A stretch of DNA of 64,000 bases from Alphaproteobacteria bacterium (GTDB lineage Bacteria > Pseudomonadota > Alphaproteobacteria > UBA2966): assembly GCA_964291395.2 (NCBI GenBank), contig OZ219858.1, positions 384,001 through 448,000 on the forward strand, in the 5' to 3' direction. Shown piece by piece: positions 1-9,894 of this stretch (positions within the stretch are counted from its first letter, which is position 1; each line of letters opens with the position of its first letter). Position numbers and translations under genes: made by a program. The notes under the pieces are model-generated. The model had not been told where the DNA came from, did no database searches, and worked only from the letters and a program-made list of their open reading frames with translations.

Positions 1-361
1 GCCGCGCGGCATGACGGCCTATTCCACGTCGAAGGGCGCCATGATGTCGCTCACCCGTGCCATGGCGGTCGATCACGGCGCCGACGGCATCCGCGTCAAC
101 TGCGTCCTGCCGGGCGCCATGCATACGCCACGGCTTTTCCACCGGGGCATGACGGACGAAGCGCGCGAGCGTCGCCGCAAGGCCTCCCTGTTGGGAATCG
201 AGGGAGAAGGCTGGGACGTCGGCCGCACCGTCCTCTATCTCTGTTCGGAATGGGCGCGATACGTGACGGGACAGTGCCTCGTGGTCGACGGCGGCATGAG
301 CCTGACCACGCGCCCACGGGGCTCGGGGGTCGAGGAGCGCCGCGGAGGGGCCCTGGCGTAG
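1..361 (+). CDS. SDR family NAD(P)-dependent oxidoreductase (5' truncated by window edge)
   Basis: YSTSK catalytic motif, [22 protein letters not shown]; close paralog of the next gene. Confidence 0.9.
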   Translation, partial: PRGMTAYSTSKGAMMSLTRAMAVDHGADGIRVNCVLPGAMHTPRLFHRGMTDEARERRRKASLLGIEGEGWDVGRTVLYLCSEWARYVTGQCLVVDGGMSLTTRPRGSGVEERRGGALA

Positions 362-376
362 CAGGAGAGGCCGACC

Positions 377-1198
377 GTGTTGCAGGAAAGTCTGGGCCTG
401 GAAGGGAAATGCGCCATCGTCGCCGGCGGCGGCGCGGCCGGTGACGGCATCGGCAACGGCCGGGCGGCGGCGATCCTGTTCGCCCGGGCCGGAGCGCGCG
501 TGTTCGTCGTCGACCGAGACCTGGCGCCGGCCCGTCGCACCGTCGAGATGATCGAAGCCGAGGGCGGCGTCGCCGTGGCTCACGAGGCGGACCTCACGGA
601 CGAGGCCCAGTGCGCGGCAATGGTCGCGGCAGCGGTCGATACGTTCGGCCGGGTCGACGCCCTTGACAACAACGTCGGCATCGCCGGCCGGGCCACGGTC
701 GTGGACGAGACCCGGGAACGGTGGGCCCGCATGATGCGGATCAACGTCGAGGCCATGTTCCTGACCTCGAAGTACGCCATCCCCGCAATGACGGAAAGCG
801 GCGGTGGCGCCATCGTCAACATCTCGTCGATCTCCGCCCTGCGCCCGCGTGGCCTCACCGCCTATTCGACGTCGAAGGGAGCGGTTATCGCGCTGACGCG
901 CGGCATGGCCGTGGACCACGGTGCCGACGGCATCCGGGTGAATTGTATCGCACCGGGGGCGATGTACACGCCCATGGTCGTCACCGACGGCGTGGACGCC
1001 GAACTGCGCGAGGTCCGGCGCCGGTCTTCGTTGCTGGGGATCGAGGGTGAAGGCTGGGACATCGGCCACGCCGTCGTCTATCTCTGCTCCGACTGGGCCC
1101 GCTACATGACGGGCCAGACCCTGGTGGTCGACGGGGGTAATATCCTGACCACGCGTCCGCGGGACTCCGGAGTCGAGGAGCGCCGCGGCGGCGCGTGA
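377..1198 (+). CDS. SDR family oxidoreductase
   Basis: VAGGGAAGDGIGNG Rossmann motif, NNVGI, YSTSK, GQTLVVDGG; GTG start after GGAGAG. Confidence 0.93.
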   Translation: MLQESLGLEGKCAIVAGGGAAGDGIGNGRAAAILFARAGARVFVVDRDLAPARRTVEMIEAEGGVAVAHEADLTDEAQCAAMVAAAVDTFGRVDALDNNVGIAGRATVVDETRERWARMMRINVEAMFLTSKYAIPAMTESGGGAIVNISSISALRPRGLTAYSTSKGAVIALTRGMAVDHGADGIRVNCIAPGAMYTPMVVTDGVDAELREVRRRSSLLGIEGEGWDIGHAVVYLCSDWARYMTGQTLVVDGGNILTTRPRDSGVEERRGGA

Positions 1199-1370
1199 GC
1201 GTTTCTCGAACTCCCACTCCCAGCGGCATCCCTCCCGCTTGTCTTGGCTACGGAGGGAGCTGCGGCGGATAGGTCGGCACGGCAAGCCCGACGATATTGC
1301 TCGGCAATGTCTCCTGACCCAGGTAGCCCCGTCCGATCGATCAGGAACTCAAGGAGACGGGTGACAGGAC

Positions 1371-2174
1371 ATGACGACCAGACTGCGGGTTGTGGAATTC
1401 ATCGAGGGCAAACGGGCCCAGAGGTTCATCACGGTTTTGATCATCCTCAACGCCATCTCGCTCGGCCTGGAGACGTCACCCACGGTCATGGGCAAATTCG
1501 GCGATGCTCTCGGAACGTTCGATACGCTTGTGCTCGGGGTGTTCGTGATCGAGATCGCCGCAAAGCTGTTCGGGCGGGGCTTCGGGTTCTTTCGGGATGG
1601 CTGGAACATCTTCGATTTCCTGGTCGTCGGTATCGCCCTTCTCCCGGCCTCCGGTCCCTTGGCGGTGTTGCGCACGCTCCGCGTTCTCCGCGTCCTGCGC
1701 CTGATGTCGGTGGTGCCCCAGATGCGGACAGTGATCCAGGCGCTCATCACCGCCATCCCGGGCATGATCTCGATCATCGGGCTGATCACCCTGATCTTCT
1801 ACGTCTCCGCGGTATTGGCGACCAATTTCTTCGGCAGGAGCTTCGACGAATGGTTCGGCAGCGTCGGCGCCTCGATGTACAGCCTGTTCCAGATCATGAC
1901 CCTGGAGAGCTGGTCGATGGGCATCGTGCGGCCGGTGATGGTCGAATTTCCCCATGCCTGGGCTTTCTTCGTGCCGTTCATCCTGGTGACGAGCTTCGCC
2001 GTCATCAACCTGTTCATCGGCGTCATCGTGGACGCCATGCAGTCGCAGCACGCCGAGGAAGCCCGGGACATCGAGGTCCACATCGACGCGGATACGGAGT
2101 CCCTGCGCCGTGAGATGGCGGAGCTGCGTGCGGAGGTCGCCGGATTGCGGCGGGCGCTACAGGGAAGCCGTTAA
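1371..2174 (+). CDS. Bacterial voltage-gated sodium channel (BacNav; ion transporter)
   Basis: Six hydrophobic segments, S4 LRTLRVLRVLRL, selectivity filter TLESWSMG, S6 INLFIGVIVDAM, C-terminal coiled coil. Confidence 0.93.
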   Translation: MTTRLRVVEFIEGKRAQRFITVLIILNAISLGLETSPTVMGKFGDALGTFDTLVLGVFVIEIAAKLFGRGFGFFRDGWNIFDFLVVGIALLPASGPLAVLRTLRVLRVLRLMSVVPQMRTVIQALITAIPGMISIIGLITLIFYVSAVLATNFFGRSFDEWFGSVGASMYSLFQIMTLESWSMGIVRPVMVEFPHAWAFFVPFILVTSFAVINLFIGVIVDAMQSQHAEEARDIEVHIDADTESLRREMAELRAEVAGLRRALQGSR

Positions 2175-3475
2175 CCCAGCACGGAAAAGCTGCTGTCGCG
2201 GTTGATCTCGCGGCGGCGGGAATAGAAGCCGAGGCTCACCGTCCGGTCGGTGTATCGAAGGTGGAACGTTGCGGGATCCAGATCGTGATCCCGACCCGCT
2301 TCGCACTCGGTGATCAAGCCGGCCATCATCTCCCCGGCGATGGGGGCATTCTTGAACTGATTGCCGCTGGTGCCGACCGCCATGTAGAACCCGGGCAGGT
2401 CCGACTTGTCGTAGATCGGGATCCAGTCGTCGGTGACGTCGTAGAGATCGACGACGCCCCCGCCGCTCTGCGGGATACGGAGGTTTGGCATGCGCTGGGC
2501 AAGACGCATGACCTGTACGTTCCACTGCTCGGTGAACTCGCGGTTGTAGTCGTCGGGATCGACCCACTGACGCTCGTCGCACTGGGGATCCTCGCTGCCG
2601 ATGAGGAGGTGGTTGCCGGTCTCGGGCCGGATGTAGACGCCGATCTCGTCGTCGGAAAACACCATGCCGGATTCCTCGAAATCGCAACCCGGAGGCGCCG
2701 GGACGTGGCACACCTCGTGGCGCAGCGCCCTGGTCGTGACGTTCATGCCTTCCTCCACCCCCGCCAAGCGATTTACCTTGCGGGAATGGGGTCCCGCGAC
2801 GTTGACGACGACGGGCGCATCGATCTCGTCACCTCCTTCGAGCGTGACCCCGGCGACGCGGCCCCCCGCCTGCCGAATCCCGGAGACCGCGGCGTTGAAG
2901 CGAAACACGGCGCCGGCCGCTTCGGCCGCGCGCTGCAGGTTGTGGGTCGCGAGCTGGGGATCGTTGACATAACCGCCGTCCGGAAAGAACACGCCGCCCG
3001 GCAGGGGCGGTCCGACGGGGTCGCCGAACGCCGGATCGTCCACCGGCTTCGTTTCACCGAAACTGTCGAGGACGACCGCCGGCAGGCGCTCTCGGACCTG
3101 ATCTCCGCTCCACTCCTCGTACGGGCAGCCGATCTCATCCATCAGGCGAATGGTGTTTGCCATATACCCGTTGGCCGGCGACTTCAAACGCAGGCAGCCG
3201 CAGTTGATATAGCGGGCCAGTCCGCGCTCGTCTTCGGCGCCCAGGAATTCCGCCCAGTTCCGCCAGTAGAAATGGCTCTCCCAGCCGATGGCACAGCCGT
3301 CGACGGTCGAATAGTAGGGCCGGACGATGGCGCAGGAACCGGAAGTCGAGCCGTATCCGGCCGCCGGCAGCCGGTCGACGCCGAGAGTCCTCACGCCCTT
3401 GCGCGCCAGAGCCAGAGCGGTGGCCGCCCCGACGATGCCTGCGCCGACAATGATCGCGTCGTAGGTGTCCGCCAC
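2171..3475 (-). CDS. FAD-dependent oxidoreductase (DAO / sarcosine oxidase beta-like family)
   Basis: GAGIVG Rossmann motif, DVTDDWIPIYD and GTSGNQFKNAP C-terminal motifs. Confidence 0.88.
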   Translation of the reverse strand: MADTYDAIIVGAGIVGAATALALARKGVRTLGVDRLPAAGYGSTSGSCAIVRPYYSTVDGCAIGWESHFYWRNWAEFLGAEDERGLARYINCGCLRLKSPANGYMANTIRLMDEIGCPYEEWSGDQVRERLPAVVLDSFGETKPVDDPAFGDPVGPPLPGGVFFPDGGYVNDPQLATHNLQRAAEAAGAVFRFNAAVSGIRQAGGRVAGVTLEGGDEIDAPVVVNVAGPHSRKVNRLAGVEEGMNVTTRALRHEVCHVPAPPGCDFEESGMVFSDDEIGVYIRPETGNHLLIGSEDPQCDERQWVDPDDYNREFTEQWNVQVMRLAQRMPNLRIPQSGGGVVDLYDVTDDWIPIYDKSDLPGFYMAVGTSGNQFKNAPIAGEMMAGLITECEAGRDHDLDPATFHLRYTDRTVSLGFYSRRREINRDSSFSVLG

Positions 3476-3753
3476 GCGTCTTCCCTCCCGCCGGCCGCGG
3501 TGCCTCCGAAGCGCCCTCGAACGGCCCGGCGTACGAAAGCCGAGACTACAGCCGTCCGCGTGCCCGCGCCACGTCTACGGGCGTTCTTCCGAAAGACCCG
3601 TCAAGAACCGCTGAATTCCGGGATTCTCCCAGTGACGACGTACGTGCGTGCGAAGATGAAGCCGCACAATTCGCACAACGTCGGAGGGAAAGTTTCCGGG
3701 GCGCTTCGCCGACCGGGCGCGATGTCTGGTCGCCGTGGAGGGCTGCCGCCGGG

Positions 3754-6201
3754 CTACGCCAAGATCCGTTTGCGTTCGGGATCGTAGAAGGCGGTAAGCG
3801 AGGCTCGGGCGGGGCAGCGTTTGCCGGCGATTTCGATGTCATAGCTGCCGGCCTCGATCCACTCCCGCGTGACGCCCGCTTCGTGGCCGACATAGCCCAT
3901 TCCGATGGCGGCACCGACCGTATGGCCGAACATGCCGGACGTGAGATACCCGACGATCTCGCCGTCCCGGTGAATCGGCTCGTAGTGGTAGAGCAGCGGC
4001 TCCGGGTCCTCCAGGGCGAACAGGACGAGGCGCTTGTTGACACCCGTTTCCCTCTGACGCAGTACGGCGTCTCGCCCGATGAATCCGGCATTCTTCCCGT
4101 GCGCCACGACGAAGCCGAGACCGGCTTCCTGCGGCGTGTCTTCGTCGCTGATGTCATGCCCCCAGTGCCGATACCCCTTTTCCATGCGGAGGGAGTTCAC
4201 CGCGTGGAACCCGACGGGTGTCAGCCCGACGTCCTGGCCCTGGGCCGTGAGCTCGTCATAGACGCCGGCCGCGAATTCGACCGGCACATAGAGCTCCCAG
4301 CCGAGCTCACCCACGTAGGTGATGCGGGTCGCGCGCGCCGTCGTGTAGCCGATGTCGATCTCACGGGATGCCGCGAAGGGGAAGGCGTCGTTGGCGAGAT
4401 CCGCGCTCGTGACCCGCGACAGCAGATCCCGCGCCTTCGGCCCCATGACGCCGAGGACGGCGTAAGCGGACGTCACGTCCGCGACCGTGGCCCGCGACCC
4501 GTCCGGAACGTGGCGGTTGAGCCAGTCGACATCCCGCACCTGGCTTTCCACCCCGGTCACGACGAGGAAGCGGTCTTCCGCGAGGCGCGTCACGGTGACG
4601 TCGGCTTCGATACCGCCACGGTCGTTGAGCCACTGCGTGTAGACGACACGGTCGACGGGAACCGCGACGTCGTTGGCGCAGATGTCGTTGAGCACCGACT
4701 CCGCGTCGGGACCGGAAACCAGGATTTTTCCGAAGCTGCTCTGATCGATCAGGCCGACACGTTCCCGGACCGCTCGATGCTCTTCCGCCGAATACCCGAA
4801 CCAGTTCTGGCGCTCCCAGGAATATTCGTACCGAGGCTCGACCCCTTGCGGCGCGTACCAGTTGGGACGCTCCCAGCCGGCCGCCTCCCCGAAGCAGGCC
4901 CGACGCGCCGCAAGCCGGTCGTGAAGGGGCGACTTGCGGATGCCGCGCGCCGTCACGAATTGCCGGAAGGGCCAATGCATGTCGTAGAGGAGGCCGAGCC
5001 CTTCGACGACGCGCTCCTCGAGGTATCGGGCGTTCCCCTGGAACGGCTGCATGCGGCGCACGTCGACCTCCCAGAGGTCCATGCTCGGATGGCCGTTGAC
5101 GATCCACTCGGCCAGCATCTTGCCCGCGCCCCCCGACGACCCGATGCCGATCGAATTGAATCCGCACGCGACATAGAAATTCCGAAGCTCGGGCGCCTCG
5201 CCGAGGAGGTAGCGGTCATCCGGCGTGAAGCTCTCCGGTCCGCAGAAAAAGGTCTGCACGCCCGTCTCCGCGAGGACGGGGATGCGATGCAGAGCGCTTT
5301 CCAGGATGGGCTCGAAGTGATCCCAATCCTCGGGTAGCTGATCGAACTCGAAGTCCTCGGGGATGCCGTCCATGCCCCAGGGCTTGGCCTCCTTTTCGAA
5401 GGCGCCGACGAGCAGCTTGCCCGCGTCCTCCTTGACGTAGACGCCCGCGTCCTGCTCGCGCAGCGAGGGAGAGTCGGGACTCAGGCCCTCGATCGGTTCG
5501 GTCATGATGTAGAAATGCTCGGCGGCATGCAGAGGCACGTTCACCCCCGCCATGCGGCCGACCTCGCGACCCCACATGCCGCCGCAATCAACGACGAACT
5601 CCGCGCGGATGTCGCCGTCGTCCGTCGCCACCCCCGTGGCCCGGCCGCCGCTCCGGCGTATGGCCGTGACCTTGGTATTCTCGAAGATCCGCGCGCCGCG
5701 CATGCGTGCGCCCTTGGCATACGCCAACGTCGTGTCGACGGGATTGGTTTGTCCTTCGCTCGGGATGAAGACGCCGCCGACCAGATCGTCCGCGTTCAAC
5801 AACGGCCACAGATCCAGGGCTTCGCCCGGGGACAGGACCTGCACCTCGAGACCGAAGCACCGGCCCATGGAGGCGTTGCGCTTGAGTTCGGTGAACCGCT
5901 CCTCGGCAGCCGTCACGAGCAAGGCCCCGTTCTGCTTGTAACCAGTGGCTTGCCCGGTTTCCTCTTCCAGCGACAGGAGCACCTCGGTGGTGTATTGGGC
6001 GAGGCGCGTCATGTTGAGCGTGGCGCGGAGTTGTCCGATCAGGCCCGCGGCATGCCACGTCGTCCCGCTGGTCAGGGACTTCCGCTCCAGCAAGACGACG
6101 TCGGTCCAGCCCGCCCGGGTCAAGTGATAGGCGACGCTGCAGCCGATCACGCCGCCGCCGATGATGACGACCCGGGCCTGCTCCGGCAGCTTGTTGGACA
6201 T
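3754..6201 (-). CDS. GcvT-family flavoprotein (dimethylglycine/sarcosine dehydrogenase-like)
   Basis: [15 protein letters not shown] (flavinylated His), GPESFTPD, C-terminal aminomethyltransferase domain ([18 protein letters not shown]). Confidence 0.93.
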   Translation of the reverse strand: MSNKLPEQARVVIIGGGVIGCSVAYHLTRAGWTDVVLLERKSLTSGTTWHAAGLIGQLRATLNMTRLAQYTTEVLLSLEEETGQATGYKQNGALLVTAAEERFTELKRNASMGRCFGLEVQVLSPGEALDLWPLLNADDLVGGVFIPSEGQTNPVDTTLAYAKGARMRGARIFENTKVTAIRRSGGRATGVATDDGDIRAEFVVDCGGMWGREVGRMAGVNVPLHAAEHFYIMTEPIEGLSPDSPSLREQDAGVYVKEDAGKLLVGAFEKEAKPWGMDGIPEDFEFDQLPEDWDHFEPILESALHRIPVLAETGVQTFFCGPESFTPDDRYLLGEAPELRNFYVACGFNSIGIGSSGGAGKMLAEWIVNGHPSMDLWEVDVRRMQPFQGNARYLEERVVEGLGLLYDMHWPFRQFVTARGIRKSPLHDRLAARRACFGEAAGWERPNWYAPQGVEPRYEYSWERQNWFGYSAEEHRAVRERVGLIDQSSFGKILVSGPDAESVLNDICANDVAVPVDRVVYTQWLNDRGGIEADVTVTRLAEDRFLVVTGVESQVRDVDWLNRHVPDGSRATVADVTSAYAVLGVMGPKARDLLSRVTSADLANDAFPFAASREIDIGYTTARATRITYVGELGWELYVPVEFAAGVYDELTAQGQDVGLTPVGFHAVNSLRMEKGYRHWGHDISDEDTPQEAGLGFVVAHGKNAGFIGRDAVLRQRETGVNKRLVLFALEDPEPLLYHYEPIHRDGEIVGYLTSGMFGHTVGAAIGMGYVGHEAGVTREWIEAGSYDIEIAGKRCPARASLTAFYDPERKRILA

Positions 6202-6303
6202 GCGCACCTCACGCGTGTTGGACGATCATGGATAACGCGAGAGGTCCCCGCCCGGCAAGGGGAAGCCTTGAACCGCGGCGTGCCGACGGGGGATGATCGT
6301 CGG

Positions 6304-7806
6304 ATGGGTAACGGACGGGCGATCATCATCAGAGGCGGGCGCGTGCTCGACAGCGCCCGGCCCGAGGCGGAACTCGCCGACCTGCTGATCCAGGGCGATA
6401 CGATCCGGGACATCGGACCTCCCGGCCTTGCGGCACCGGAAGACGCCGTCCTCATCGACGCCGCCGACAAGCTCCTGCACCCCGGACTGATCAACGCTCA
6501 TACCCACGGCTACCATGCGGCGCACAAGGCGACGACGGACCGCTGGACCCTGGAGCGGTTCCTCGCGGCCAGTCCGTGGGTCAACGCGGACCTGAGCCTC
6601 GAAGCGAGCTATCTGTCGACCAAGATCGCGGCCCTGGAAATGGTGCTCAAGGGATGCACCGCCTGCTACGACCTGCCGTTGCCTATGCCGTTGCCGACCC
6701 CCGGGTCACTACAGGCCGTGGCACAGGCCTACGTCGACGTCGGCATGCGCGCCGTCATCGCGCCGATGGTGGCGAATATCTCGATCTTCCATGCCATCCC
6801 CGGGTTCATCGACGCGCTGCCGGCTGCGGTACGCGGCGACTTGGAGGCTCGCAAAGGGGCATCCGTCGACGTCATCCTCGGGCACAAGAAGGCCCTTTTT
6901 CAGAAATGGCAGCCGTCGAGCGATCTGGTTCGCCTGGCCGTTTCTCCCGCCATCGCCCACCACTGCACCACAGCGCTCTTCCAAGGGCTGGCGGCACTGG
7001 CTCGGGAATATGATGCCGGCCTGCACACCCACCTCGCCGAATCAAAGGTGCAGGCCGTAGCCGGTGTCAGACGTTTCGGCAAGACCCTGACGGCCCATCT
7101 CGACGAAATCGGCGTGCTCGGACCGAACGTGACGGTGGCCCACGGCGTTTGGCTCGACAGGGACGATATCCAACGGCTCAGCGACCAAGGCGTCTCGCTG
7201 GCGCACAATCCGGGCAGCAACATGCGGCTCGGCAACGGCATCGCTGACGTCCGCAGCATGCTGGACTGCGGCCTCACCGTCGGTATCGGCACGGACGGCG
7301 CGCGCGCCTCGGACCATCAAAACATGTACGAGGCGACGCGCCTCGCGGCTCTCATCTCCAAGGCCCGCGGTCCCGACGGACAAGACGGCCTTGCCGCAGC
7401 CGAGGCCTTCTACGCGGCGACACGGGGCAGCGCTCGGACCCTGGGGCTTCACGACGTCGGCCGGCTGGAGTCGGGATACAAGGCGGACATCGTTTTCCTC
7501 GACCTGAAATCCCTCAATTGGACGCCGATGAACGACCCCATCCTTCAGATCGTCCATGTCGAGGACGGTACCGCCGTCGACTCGGTGATGATCGGAGGAC
7601 ACTTGGTAGTCGAAAACGGCCGGCCCACCGGAACGGACCTGACCGCCCTGGCAGCCGAAGCCGAGCGCCTGGAGCCACGCCTTGCGGATCTGCTGGCGCA
7701 GAACAGCGAGATTCTCGCCGAGATCGAACAAGTCGGCGGCCGGTTCTGTGGCGCGCTGTCCGCCGAGCCCTACCGCGTGGACCGCCACGGCGTTCATCTC
7801 GAATGA
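6304..7806 (+). CDS. Metal-dependent amidohydrolase/deaminase (AtzA/SsnA/MtaD-like)
   Basis: PGLINAHTH, HTHLAES, AHGVW, HNPGSN, GTDG motifs; real start at MGNGRAIIIRGG inside the longer 5515 ORF. Confidence 0.9.
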   Translation: MGNGRAIIIRGGRVLDSARPEAELADLLIQGDTIRDIGPPGLAAPEDAVLIDAADKLLHPGLINAHTHGYHAAHKATTDRWTLERFLAASPWVNADLSLEASYLSTKIAALEMVLKGCTACYDLPLPMPLPTPGSLQAVAQAYVDVGMRAVIAPMVANISIFHAIPGFIDALPAAVRGDLEARKGASVDVILGHKKALFQKWQPSSDLVRLAVSPAIAHHCTTALFQGLAALAREYDAGLHTHLAESKVQAVAGVRRFGKTLTAHLDEIGVLGPNVTVAHGVWLDRDDIQRLSDQGVSLAHNPGSNMRLGNGIADVRSMLDCGLTVGIGTDGARASDHQNMYEATRLAALISKARGPDGQDGLAAAEAFYAATRGSARTLGLHDVGRLESGYKADIVFLDLKSLNWTPMNDPILQIVHVEDGTAVDSVMIGGHLVVENGRPTGTDLTALAAEAERLEPRLADLLAQNSEILAEIEQVGGRFCGALSAEPYRVDRHGVHLE

Positions 7807-7815
7807 GGAGTTGAG

Positions 7816-9894
7816 GTGCGACTGGCAACCGATGTCGGCGGCACTTTCACGGACCTCGTCGCCATCGACGACAGGGCTGGAAGCACTGGTGTGCCCCTGG
7901 CCGCCAAATGCCACAGCACGCCACCCGATTTCGAACGGGGCGTCGAGGACGTCCTGACGAAGGCGGACATCGACCTGGGCGCGACCGCCTTTTTCGCGCA
8001 CGGCTCCACGGTGATCATCAACGCGATAACCGAACGCAAGGGCGCGCGGACGGGCTTGATCACGACACGGGGATTTCGCGACGTGCTGGAAATCGGCCGG
8101 GGCAATAGGCCCGACTTGTACAATCTCATGTACGCCAAGCCGAAGCCGCTGGTCCCACGTTTTTTGCGTCAGGAAATCACGGAACGCGTTTCGCACGAAG
8201 GCGAGATTCTGGTGCCGTTGGCGCACGATGAGCTACCCGAGATCATCGCGACGTTCCGAGAGGAGGGTGTCGAAGCGATTGCCGTCAGCCTGCTTCACGC
8301 CTATGCCGAACCCGCTCATGAGATAGCTGTCTGCAATGCTGTCCGTGAGCTGTGGCCTGATGTTTCGGTGATCCCCTCGCACGCACTCACGCGCGAGTGG
8401 CGGGAATATGAGCGCACGTCGACGGCCGTACTCGCGGCCTACACGCACCCGGTGGCCAACCGATACCTCGATGCGCTCGATCATGCCCTTGGATCTCGCG
8501 GCTTCTCCGGCCATGCCTACGTCATGCAGTCGAACGGAGGTGTCGCCGCGTTGGAAACCGCCAAGGACCAGCCGATCACGATGCTGGAGTCGGGACCCGC
8601 GGGGGGCGTGCTCGGCGCAGTGGCGGTAGGCCGGCTGATCGGAGAATCGAACCTGATTACGCTGGACGTCGGCGGCACTACCGCGAAATGCGCGCTGATT
8701 CAGGACGCGCGAATCCCGATCACCACGGACTATGCGATCGAACGGACGCCGGTCAGTGCGGGCTATCCCCTGAAACTGCCCGCCATCGACATCGTCGAGA
8801 TCGGCAGCGGGGGCGGCAGCATCGCCTGGCTGGACGAAGGCGGCAAACTTCGCGTCGGGCCGAAAAGCGCCGGCGCGTCGCCGGGACCCGCGGCCTACGG
8901 CCGCGGCGGCAACCGTCCGACCATAACCGATGCCCACCTCCTCACCGGGCGGATCGATTCCGACTACTTCCTGGGCGGCGAGATCACGCCCGATATGGAC
9001 AATGTGACACGTGTGTTCCAAGACCTGAGCGTCAAGCTCGGCACCGCCAATCCCGAAACTGCGCGCGGCATCCTTCGCTTGGCCAACGCCAACATGACCA
9101 ACGCGCTCAAACTGGTTTCGGTCAATCGAGGTCATGACCCGCGGGAGTTCACGCTCATCGCCTTCGGCGGCGGCGGTGCGATGCACGCCGTCGCCCTGGC
9201 CCGCGACCTGCACATTCCCAAGGTGGTCATCCCCTTGCGGCCGGCGGTCTTCTCCGCCTGGGGAATACTGAATTGCGACATGCGGCGGGATTACGTGCGC
9301 ACGCGACCGCTGCGGTTGGACGCCGCACATCTATCGGAGATCGCGGCGGTCTTCGACGATCTGGAGCATGGCGCGCGGGAAGACTTCGCGGCCAATGGAG
9401 TGCCCCTCGACCGTCTTCACATCGAGCGTTTCGCCGACATGCGCTACGACGGCCAGGAGCACACCGTAAAGGTCACTTTCCCCGCCGGACCCGTCGATGG
9501 TGCGGCATTGCAGCGCGCGCGGCAGGAATTCCACGCCGAGCACGAACGCGCCTTCACGTTCCGGTTGGACGCGGGCGTGATCGCCGTCAACTTCCACGTC
9601 GCCGCTCATGGCACGGTGAACGAGACCGACATTCCCGGTCTTGGTCCCGGCGATGGATCGTTGAGCGACGCAATCCGGGACACCCGAACGGTCGACTTTG
9701 ATCTCGACGGCCAGTTGGAAACACGGATTTACGAACGCGCCCTGCTCGGTGCCGGAGCGGGCATTCCCGGGCCCGCCATAATCGAGGAATCGGATACGAC
9801 CATCGTGCTGCCGCCGGGCTCCCAGGCCACGGTTGACCGGTACGGCCTGCTTCATATCGACGTCGACGGCGTGGACTCCCGATTCAAGACATGA
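7816..9894 (+). CDS. hyuA: Hydantoinase/oxoprolinase subunit A (ATP-dependent N-methylhydantoinase A)
   Basis: DVGGTFTD, SGPAGG, DVGGTT, GSGGGS, GPKSAGASPGP, FGGGGAMH motifs. Confidence 0.93.
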   Translation: MRLATDVGGTFTDLVAIDDRAGSTGVPLAAKCHSTPPDFERGVEDVLTKADIDLGATAFFAHGSTVIINAITERKGARTGLITTRGFRDVLEIGRGNRPDLYNLMYAKPKPLVPRFLRQEITERVSHEGEILVPLAHDELPEIIATFREEGVEAIAVSLLHAYAEPAHEIAVCNAVRELWPDVSVIPSHALTREWREYERTSTAVLAAYTHPVANRYLDALDHALGSRGFSGHAYVMQSNGGVAALETAKDQPITMLESGPAGGVLGAVAVGRLIGESNLITLDVGGTTAKCALIQDARIPITTDYAIERTPVSAGYPLKLPAIDIVEIGSGGGSIAWLDEGGKLRVGPKSAGASPGPAAYGRGGNRPTITDAHLLTGRIDSDYFLGGEITPDMDNVTRVFQDLSVKLGTANPETARGILRLANANMTNALKLVSVNRGHDPREFTLIAFGGGGAMHAVALARDLHIPKVVIPLRPAVFSAWGILNCDMRRDYVRTRPLRLDAAHLSEIAAVFDDLEHGAREDFAANGVPLDRLHIERFADMRYDGQEHTVKVTFPAGPVDGAALQRARQEFHAEHERAFTFRLDAGVIAVNFHVAAHGTVNETDIPGLGPGDGSLSDAIRDTRTVDFDLDGQLETRIYERALLGAGAGIPGPAIIEESDTTIVLPPGSQATVDRYGLLHIDVDGVDSRFKT

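Noticed and set aside
3476-3753. Glycine riboswitch or small gene between the two flavoprotein genes
   Set aside because: Several UUCG-type hairpins exist, but there is no GGAGA...CCGAAG...CUCUCAGG pattern and no convincing ORF.
5515-6303. N-terminal extensions in the ORF track (5515, 11330, 21613, 37542, 41536, 53692)
   Set aside because: They overlap other genes; family motifs and RBS placement support the downstream starts used.
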